From an uncultured Verrucomicrobiota bacterium (GTDB lineage: Bacteria; Verrucomicrobiota; Kiritimatiellia; CAIKKV01; CAITUY01), in assembly GCA_964535015.1 (NCBI GenBank), contig CAZHRU010000004.1:2716-61328 (forward strand): DNA of 58,613 nt, read 5' to 3'. The position numbers were made by a program, and so were the translations under genes. The notes under the pieces were generated by a model, which saw nothing but the letters and a program-made list of their open reading frames with translations, was not told the DNA's origin and searched no databases. Positions 36,501 through 43,540 of this stretch are shown in pieces; position 1 is the stretch's first letter, and each line of letters starts with the position of its first letter.

Positions 36501-39484
36501 CCGATCATGATGGCCTGCAAAACCTCTACGAGTTCCAGGCGGGAACCAGCCCTCAATCCGCGGATTCCAACGGCGACGGCATCTTTGACCCGCAGGAGGA
36601 CCGCGATGGCGATGGCGTCCTCAACATCACAGAACAACAACTCCGCAGTCGCCCCGACATGATCGACACCGACGATGACGGCTACCCGGATAACGTCGAA
36701 CAAGGCATGAGCACCAGCCCTGCTGACCCCACCGACCCCTCATCCTCCCGCGCCGTGGTCCTCGGGGGCTCACCCACCGATTATCTGGAAGTCCCTCTTT
36801 CCACCCGCCAGCGCCTCACCGACTGGACCATCGAAGCATGGATTAATCCCTCCAATGCCGTTGACGGGGCGGGCATCATCATCCGACGCACTGTACAGAA
36901 TCTGACCAACGGCATGGCGGTCAATTACGTCATGGGTCTTGAAACCAACGGTCCCGCCTTGCGTCTCTACGCCGGCTACGTGTGGCCCGACGGACGCCGC
37001 TTCATCATTTCGGGCGGCACCATCCTGGCAACCGGAACCTGGACCCATGTCGCCGCCCGTTACAACAGCCTCACCGCCCAACTCAACCTCTACACCAACG
37101 GCGGCATCGCCGCCACCACCAACACCTTCTACAACGCCCCCCCCGTCAGCGGCAAGGGCGGCGAATGCTTCGTCCGGATCGGCGAGGATTTCGCCGGCGC
37201 CATCGATGAAGTTCGCCTGTGGACCACCGTTCGCGACGACAACCAGATCCTCTACGGTGCCAACAAAGTCGTCTCCAGTGCCGACATCGGGGCTCTGGCC
37301 CTCTACTTCCGTTTCGATGACGGCGAAGCCGATACCAATATGTTCGCCTGGAGCGAATTCCACCAACCCGGTGGCTTCCAGGACTTCACCTACTCCACCG
37401 ACTGGAATGCTCAATGGCGCCACGCCGCTCGTAGACGCGGCAATGTTGGCACCATCATCCCCGGCGCCATCGTCCCGCCTCCTTCCATCCGCGTCATGCT
37501 CTCCCCCGAGGCCGCCAAAATCGCCGGAGCCCAGTGGGCGGTCGACGGCGGCCTCTGGCAGAACAGCGGTGAAGCCCTGCAGGGCCTGACTCCCGGTGAA
37601 CACTCACTCCTATTCAAGTCGATTACCGGATGGATGGAACCCGCCTCCGAGATCATTGTCCTGACCAACGGCGTGGCAACCACCCTCACCCGCGCCTACC
37701 AGCAACAGGCATCCCTCACCGTCAGTATTGAACCCCTGGCGGTGCGTGCCACCGGACTGGCGGCTTGGCGTGTAGACGGTGGTCCCTGGCTGCAAACCGC
37801 CAGCACCGCCTCCAACCTCAACCCCGGCGCCCACACCTTGGAATTCTCCGCCGTTCCCGGCTGGGTCCAGCCACCTCTGGAAACCGTCGTGTTGACCGCC
37901 GGTCAAGCCCTCCCGCTCACTCGATCCTATAGCGTGATGTACGCATCGGTCAGATCCATCCTGCTTCCCATGAACGCCATCGCTGATGGCGCCCAGTGGC
38001 GCGTCGATGGCGGAACCTGGATGAACAGCGGCGACACTGTCACCAATCTGGCGCTGACAACCCATACCATCGACTACAGGTCCATCCCCTTGTGGCACAC
38101 CCCCACCAGCACCTCCATCAGTCCGACAAATCAGACAACCCTCATTCTGACCGGCGCCTATGTCCAGGTCTCCGGGCTCTATGTGGGCATTGAACCGGCC
38201 AGTGCCGTCAACGACGGCGCCCTCTGGCGCCTCGGTGCCGGCCCCTGGACCAACGCCGGAACCTTCATTGAACTCGACCCGGGAACCTATACGGTGTCCT
38301 TCTCCCCCGTCAGCGGATGGTTGACGCCTGACTCCGTCTCCGCCGTCATATCCCCTCAAACCGTAACCACCGTCCTCGGAAGTTACTACCGCCTCGATGT
38401 CTTCGGCGGTGACCCGGGCACCGCCGCCGGGCAGTTTATTGGCCCCTGCGGCATTGCCGTCGATTCGCTCCACCGCCTCTACGTCGCCGACACCCAGAAC
38501 AACCGGATCCAAAAGTATGAACCCATGAGTAACACATGGACGAATTGGGGCGTCTTCGGAACCAACGTCGGGCAGTTTAACAAGCCGGGCGGAGTCGATG
38601 TGGATGCATCCGCCAATGTCTTTGTTGCGGACTCCAACAATAACCGCGTCCAACGACGGACCGCGACGAACGCGCAGTGGGTCGCCTGGGGCTCCTACGG
38701 CACCAACCTCGGATCCTTTATCTCCCCCTCCGATGTGGCTGTCGATTCAGCCGGCTCCCTCTATGTCGCCGATCGCGACAACAACCGCGTCCAAAAACGG
38801 GGCACCAACGGCACATGGTCGGTCTTCATCCCCTACGGCGTAGCCAACGGTTTCGTCCGCGCGCCCAAAGGTCTCTTTGTCGACACGTCCGATAACCTCT
38901 ACGTTTCCGATGATGGCACACAAACCAACGGGTCCAGCCGGATACAGAAATTCAACAAGACCGGCGCGTTCCTGCAACTCATGGGAAGTTCTCAAACGTC
39001 CGGCGGGCGCCTGAGACGGCCCGGCGGCATGGTCATCGGCAACACCAACCTCTATGTGGCCGATATCGACAATAGTCGCGTGGCCGCTTCTTCAACCAAT
39101 ACCGTCTGGACCACCATTCTCGGAAGCAACATTCTGGACCACGCCGAAGATGTTGCCTGGGATAAGCGCGGATTCCTCTATGTGGCGGACACCGGCAATG
39201 ACCGTATCCTCCGGCTACCCGTTATGCCGGGCGCCGAAACCAACTTCATCGTGCCCTTCACCGGCGCAATGACCCCGGGGCCCGGAACCAACGCCAGTTT
39301 CACCATCACTTGGTTCGGCATCCTCAACTGGTATTACGCCCTCCAGTATGCTAATACCCTCGCGGATCCGTGGCAGGTTCTCCCCGGATGCACAAATATT
39401 GTCGGGTTGAATATGTTGACCAATTGCACCGATTACACCGTCGGAGGCGTGACAAGCCGCTTCTATCGGGTGCTTGCGTATTGA
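33539..39484 (+). CDS. Large secreted multidomain adhesin-like protein (DxDxDG Ca-binding repeats, 2 LamG-like, 4 PEGA-like, NHL propeller)
   Basis: Signal peptide; many DTDGDGM.D.WE repeats; WIHVAAV..DEVRIW and WTHVAA..DEVRLW; AQWRVDGG.W repeats; LYVADT.NNRIQ; terminal RFYRV; GGAAAGGAG RBS. Confidence 0.88.
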   Translation: MKSAPLRKQLAAGLVIALGLVWLTPAQSQTISVQIFNSSLWRENVAAPPGNGDGQGTMQIGIWISDNGKVDPPLALFSITNGTLPLAYGPYEVSIAGISNFGPCIVTAWIDGNNNATVDPGEPYGDSAIEIKTAPISTTVSIVDDNDNDNLPDWWEYHWFRFSAKPFSQTGGDDPDKDGLSNQQEAEISLTIPGMDYLNPGNWDTDGDGMDDQWEAKYYSEEYAEGTQPCQADSGVDLDGDGLSNWQEYCGIDHYPPKQALQFLDGVYVAKPNASTTDDLNPLDIDTDFDLLIDSFEAAWYDPANGIDPKVGFSKIPSGTNVNTTIAKADSDADGLTNYREQCLLAELRQGSGNNDKWTWQDRIPFPQVTYFAYDLKVVRICYMSFSGTNLSLGLDPSEVISTSGNRTALRSHEWTDPTDGTGYDFVDENIPAGHDTDADGLPDGWEVEFNLDPRDNGSVLRRNGAAGDPDNDGLRNINEYLGQDGYRFTTRPYINGTGDETNPNEYNHRPDSTYLWRWYPTNLLISPITDPRAGTGINRNETMGSALPSISIGQDKGNDTDDDGIMDSREMFPLTGQLKSSPVHSCDPFIPRSILVTSSNGIAIPDPEPASTSGFTPAGTREDLQRRDWTLECYVKLLGTNLTGDLLNFRTMDDFSNPIVYQLSLSNNVPGILFQDNDLIPAQTVSANTLPTNQWIHVAAVWNHARNSLGLYINGVLDMAIENVNENFSIFMFPATNRLALAVSPDDSFTGKLMLDEVRIWGTPRTASQIAAFASRLAPSHNGDDVWINSESSEYYTHADTVIVNGGSLFDGEPGTALANVCNNGANFWIDNGDKQYNATRDVLLKNDGTIKEGLIGTLVANVFWNDKDGDGSFSRNSLLAYYRFDDGGATAEDFARRAKSGLMGSTREEYEFGDRGYALPTNNFLFITNDVAPVYGVDKRGADDSDGDGMPDAWEMVWHLDPWDNGTKDESAPGMQDGPGGPKGDPDHDGLQNLYEFQAGTSPQSADSNGDGIFDPQEDRDGDGVLNITEQQLRSRPDMIDTDDDGYPDNVEQGMSTSPADPTDPSSSRAVVLGGSPTDYLEVPLSTRQRLTDWTIEAWINPSNAVDGAGIIIRRTVQNLTNGMAVNYVMGLETNGPALRLYAGYVWPDGRRFIISGGTILATGTWTHVAARYNSLTAQLNLYTNGGIAATTNTFYNAPPVSGKGGECFVRIGEDFAGAIDEVRLWTTVRDDNQILYGANKVVSSADIGALALYFRFDDGEADTNMFAWSEFHQPGGFQDFTYSTDWNAQWRHAARRRGNVGTIIPGAIVPPPSIRVMLSPEAAKIAGAQWAVDGGLWQNSGEALQGLTPGEHSLLFKSITGWMEPASEIIVLTNGVATTLTRAYQQQASLTVSIEPLAVRATGLAAWRVDGGPWLQTASTASNLNPGAHTLEFSAVPGWVQPPLETVVLTAGQALPLTRSYSVMYASVRSILLPMNAIADGAQWRVDGGTWMNSGDTVTNLALTTHTIDYRSIPLWHTPTSTSISPTNQTTLILTGAYVQVSGLYVGIEPASAVNDGALWRLGAGPWTNAGTFIELDPGTYTVSFSPVSGWLTPDSVSAVISPQTVTTVLGSYYRLDVFGGDPGTAAGQFIGPCGIAVDSLHRLYVADTQNNRIQKYEPMSNTWTNWGVFGTNVGQFNKPGGVDVDASANVFVADSNNNRVQRRTATNAQWVAWGSYGTNLGSFISPSDVAVDSAGSLYVADRDNNRVQKRGTNGTWSVFIPYGVANGFVRAPKGLFVDTSDNLYVSDDGTQTNGSSRIQKFNKTGAFLQLMGSSQTSGGRLRRPGGMVIGNTNLYVADIDNSRVAASSTNTVWTTILGSNILDHAEDVAWDKRGFLYVADTGNDRILRLPVMPGAETNFIVPFTGAMTPGPGTNASFTITWFGILNWYYALQYANTLADPWQVLPGCTNIVGLNMLTNCTDYTVGGVTSRFYRVLAY

Positions 39485-39515
39485 TAATCTTAGGACTGAT
39501 AACAGAGGAGACATT

Positions 39516-41399
39516 ATGAAAAGACGCTCTCTAGCCTGGATCGCGTGGATTGCACCCGTGTTGTTGCTTCAGGCACTTTCGGCCTTGGCGGGAACACTCG
39601 TAACTCCCGATGTCGAGTTTGCCGCACTATCCCGGGCGCCAAGACCAATAACCATCGCCCAGGCGGTCCCGTCCGAACCCAGCGTAACGCCACCGGCAGC
39701 ATCAACACCCGAAACAACAGGGGCGGTCAGCAATTCCACGGTAACACCTGACCAGATCAAGACAGTAACACCAACCAACACCCCGCCGACCCCGCTCAGC
39801 ACCGAACCCGAAGTGATCGCCATCGAGGCGGCAAAAACCTCCGACGGAAAAGACGACCTTATCTCCGTGGCTCTCGATGATGTCCCCCTGCAGGATGTCG
39901 TCCGCCTGTTCACCCGCATCTCCGGCGCCAACATCATCGCCACCTCAACAAACTTGCACGGCAAGGTCACCGTCAACCTCCAGAATGTCGAGTGGCGACC
40001 GGCCCTCGCCTCCATCCTGGATATGCATAATCTGACCATATTCGAGAAGACACCCGGCTCAAAAATCTTCAGCATTATCTCCAAACCGCAGGGCGCCCCG
40101 GAACCGATGATCGCCCAACCCATCTTCCTGAACTATGCCTCCGTCTCCAACGTCATCACCGTCGTCAATTCCATGGTGGACAAAGGCGGCTCGGTTTCCG
40201 GCTTCCCGAATGCCAATGCCCTCATCGTCCGCTCCTCGGTCGCCAGCCTCAACGAAATCCGAAAGGTAATCTCCGAAATCGACCTCCCGCGTAAACAGGT
40301 CTACATCGAGGCCAAGTTCATGGAACTCACCGACGAAGCCATCAAGGACCTCGGCATCAACTGGCAGGTCCTTCAGGGATACAACGTCGGTGTCGGCGGC
40401 ATGTCCTGGTCCATGCAGGAAAACCGCGACAAGGTGAAAGGCCGCTCGGACACCCTCGCCAGAACGGATTCCCGATCCAAGAATGACACGGTCAATGATC
40501 GTTTCGACAGCACAGGCGCCCGCTATGACGAAACAACCACCCTCTCCGAGGAACAACCCCCGGGCTCCGGAAACATCGTCACCCGCGAGGTAAAAACACC
40601 CACCCGTTCGGTCGTCGACACCATCAACCAGTCAGCCGTCGCCAGCCGGAATATCGAAGACTCGTTCACCAAGACCGCCTCCGACATCCGTACCGCCGTC
40701 CTCACTGCGGATGATTTCGCCATCATCCTGAGCGCCCTGAAACAAATGAACGGCGTCAGCATCGTCTCTAATCCTAAAATCGTTGTCGCCAACGAAGAGA
40801 CCGCCTCCATCCACATCGGCGAAAACGAACCCAACATCAAGGGAACCGTGACGGCTGGCCAACAAGGACAAGCCAATACCACCACCTATTCCCTCGACGA
40901 GGCAAAACCTTATTTCGAGTTCGGTGTCTCCGTCGATGTAACCCCCACTATCAACAACGACAGCAACATCACGGTGCGCATCAATCCCAAACTGAGCCGC
41001 TTTGTCCGCGACAAGGTCTCTCCGGACAATAACTCCTTCCCCGTCGAAGCCACGAAAACCATCAAAACCGTCTTCAGTCTCGAAAGCGGAAAGACTGCCG
41101 CCATCGGCGGGTTGACCGAAACCGATGAACGGGAGGTAACCTCGAAGATCCCCCTCCTCGGCGACATCCCCCTGCTCGGGAAGTACCTCTTTTCCCACAC
41201 CCATAAGGCGCGTAGCCAGAAGGAGACAATCATTTTTGTGACCGTCGCCATGGCCTACCCGACCAACATACAAAAGGAACAGGGAATCCCGGAAGACTCT
41301 AAACTGGTCCACCAACTCATGAAGGCGCGAAGCATCACCAAGGAGACGGAGGACAAATCCGAAAGCGCCTTCAAATCGGCAACCTCCAACAAGCAATAG
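39516..41399 (+). CDS. Secretin (PilQ/GspD family)
   Basis: STN-like N-domain, D.PRKQVYIEAKF, DLGINW, SNPKIV, VTPTIN, KIPLLGDIPLLG.YLF. Confidence 0.93.
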   Translation: MKRRSLAWIAWIAPVLLLQALSALAGTLVTPDVEFAALSRAPRPITIAQAVPSEPSVTPPAASTPETTGAVSNSTVTPDQIKTVTPTNTPPTPLSTEPEVIAIEAAKTSDGKDDLISVALDDVPLQDVVRLFTRISGANIIATSTNLHGKVTVNLQNVEWRPALASILDMHNLTIFEKTPGSKIFSIISKPQGAPEPMIAQPIFLNYASVSNVITVVNSMVDKGGSVSGFPNANALIVRSSVASLNEIRKVISEIDLPRKQVYIEAKFMELTDEAIKDLGINWQVLQGYNVGVGGMSWSMQENRDKVKGRSDTLARTDSRSKNDTVNDRFDSTGARYDETTTLSEEQPPGSGNIVTREVKTPTRSVVDTINQSAVASRNIEDSFTKTASDIRTAVLTADDFAIILSALKQMNGVSIVSNPKIVVANEETASIHIGENEPNIKGTVTAGQQGQANTTTYSLDEAKPYFEFGVSVDVTPTINNDSNITVRINPKLSRFVRDKVSPDNNSFPVEATKTIKTVFSLESGKTAAIGGLTETDEREVTSKIPLLGDIPLLGKYLFSHTHKARSQKETIIFVTVAMAYPTNIQKEQGIPEDSKLVHQLMKARSITKETEDKSESAFKSATSNKQ

Positions 41400-41427
41400 C
41401 CGATCGACTTAGTCAGGTTAATTTATC

Positions 41428-41970
41428 ATGGCACAGGAATGGAATATCCGCCCAAGGGCGGGGCAGTGTTCGGCCTGCCAAACCGCGTTCGCCGATGGAC
41501 AGCCCTATCACACCCGGTTGACCTTCGAGGCGGCCGACTACAACCGCGGCGACTTCTGCGACCCCTGCTGGGCTGCTGAGTCCGCCCGACAACCCGGATA
41601 CAGTTCTTGGCGGGGCATCTTCAAGACTCCCCTCCAGGAACCGGACCACCGGGTACGCAAGGAGACAGCCGAAAACCTCCTGCGCGATCTCATCGAACAG
41701 GGCGACCCCGCCCGCCGGAATGCCATCTATATCCTCGCCGTCATGCTGGAACGCCAGCGGGTCTTCGTGGAACGCGAAGTCCGGACTGCCGGGGATGGAA
41801 CCCGCCTGATCATCTATGAACACAAGAAAACCGCCGAGACATTCGCCATCACCGACCCCCAACTCAAACTGAGCGAAATTGACCCCGTGCAGCAGGAAAT
41901 CATGACGCTGCTTACCGGCAAACCGGCAACCTCTCCTGACCTACCTGCCAGCACCCTGCCTGCCGAATGA
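41428..41970 (+). CDS. Hypothetical protein with CxxC...CxxC putative Zn site
   Basis: CSAC...FCDPCW; YILAVMLERQRV; ATGA overlap with next gene. Confidence 0.75.
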   Translation: MAQEWNIRPRAGQCSACQTAFADGQPYHTRLTFEAADYNRGDFCDPCWAAESARQPGYSSWRGIFKTPLQEPDHRVRKETAENLLRDLIEQGDPARRNAIYILAVMLERQRVFVEREVRTAGDGTRLIIYEHKKTAETFAITDPQLKLSEIDPVQQEIMTLLTGKPATSPDLPASTLPAE

Positions 41971-43517
41971 TCGATATCCTCATAAGAAACGGCACCCTTC
42001 TGGACGGTACAGGCGCCTCGGCTTTCCAGTCCGACATCGCCATCCACAACGACAGGATCGTTGATATCGCCCCGAATCTCAATCCGGCGGAAGCCGGCGC
42101 CATTTTGGAGGCCAAAGACTGCTGGGTCTGCCCCGGCTTCATCGACACCCATTCGCATTCGGATGCCTATCTGCTGATCGAACCTTCCGCCCCCAGCAAA
42201 CTCTTCCAGGGCGTCACCACCGAAGTCGTGGGTAATTGCGGCGCCTCTGCGGCTCCCTGCCTCGGCCCCGCACGCCTCCCCTCTGATTGGCAAACCCACA
42301 CCTACCCTGGACGGTGGCAACGGATGATTGAGTTCCGCTCCCTCCTGGAAACAACCCGCCCCGCCGTCAATGTCGTAGCCCTGATAGGACACAATGTCCT
42401 GCGGGCCAGCATCATGGGATATGAGGGGCGTAACGCCGAACCGGATGAAATCTCCGCCATGGTCAGATTGCTGGAGGAAAGCATGGATGCTGGCGGCCGC
42501 GGCCTCAGCACCGGCCTCATTTACCCGCCAGGCATGTATGCCGCTTCGCAGGAAATCCACGCCTTGGCAGCAACCGTCGCCCGCCATGACGGCATCTACA
42601 CCTCGCACATGCGTAGCGAAAGTAGCGGCCTCCTCGCCGCACTCGAAGAAACCATCGGCGTCGGCCGCTCCACCGGCGTCAAGGTCCAGATCTCCCACCT
42701 GAAGACATCGGGACGGCCCAACTGGCCATTGATCGATAAGGCCCTCGCCTTGATCAATTCAGCCCGCTCCGAGGGTATTCCCGTGGCCGCAGACCGCTAC
42801 CCCTACATCTCTTCCTGCACCGAATTGGACGTCATCTTCCCCAACTGGGCCACCGAGGGCGGACGCGAATCCGAACTCGCCAGACTTCGTGACCCCGCCA
42901 CCCGCCTGCGCCTCCGGCAGGATATTCTCACCGCCCGCTCTGATCGCTCCTGGGGCTCCATCGTCATCGGATCAACTCACGCTCCGTTCCGCGGGATGCC
43001 GCTGGAACAGGCCGCCTCCGCCCTTGGCATGGAACCCGTGGATGCCGCCTTGCACCTGATCGAGACCGACAACCTCATGACCACCGCCTTCTTCCAGGGC
43101 ATGAGCGAGGACAACCTGTGGAGAATCCTCGCTGAACCCTGGGTGATGATCGGCTCCGACGCCTCCCTGAGAGCCCCATGGGGCCCCCTGGGCCTCGACT
43201 ACCCCCACCCCCGCGCCTATGGATCATTCCCGCGGTTCCTGCGGGCCGCCTTGGACGGCAAAACCGTCCCCATCCCCGAGGCCATCCGGAAAATGACGTC
43301 CCTGCCGGCAACCCAATTCGCCCTCAAAGATCGGGGCACCCTCAAGCGCGGCGCTTTTGCCGATATCACCGTCGTGGATCCTGCCCACCTTCGTGACAAC
43401 GCCTCCTACGCCAACCCACATTGCTTTGCCGAGGGTATCACCGATGTGCTGGTCAACGGAATTCCGGTCCTCAGCCGCGGGCAACTGACCGGCCAGCGCA
43501 CCGGACGCTGGCTCTGA
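41967..43517 (+). CDS. N-acyl-D-amino-acid deacylase family amidohydrolase
   Basis: PGFIDTHSHSD, QGVTTEVVGNCG, STGLIY.PG, SHMRSE, ISHLK, HPRAYGSFPR. Confidence 0.93.
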   Translation: MIDILIRNGTLLDGTGASAFQSDIAIHNDRIVDIAPNLNPAEAGAILEAKDCWVCPGFIDTHSHSDAYLLIEPSAPSKLFQGVTTEVVGNCGASAAPCLGPARLPSDWQTHTYPGRWQRMIEFRSLLETTRPAVNVVALIGHNVLRASIMGYEGRNAEPDEISAMVRLLEESMDAGGRGLSTGLIYPPGMYAASQEIHALAATVARHDGIYTSHMRSESSGLLAALEETIGVGRSTGVKVQISHLKTSGRPNWPLIDKALALINSARSEGIPVAADRYPYISSCTELDVIFPNWATEGGRESELARLRDPATRLRLRQDILTARSDRSWGSIVIGSTHAPFRGMPLEQAASALGMEPVDAALHLIETDNLMTTAFFQGMSEDNLWRILAEPWVMIGSDASLRAPWGPLGLDYPHPRAYGSFPRFLRAALDGKTVPIPEAIRKMTSLPATQFALKDRGTLKRGAFADITVVDPAHLRDNASYANPHCFAEGITDVLVNGIPVLSRGQLTGQRTGRWL

Positions 43518-43540
43518 TGCCACAATCCCCGCCAACAAGG

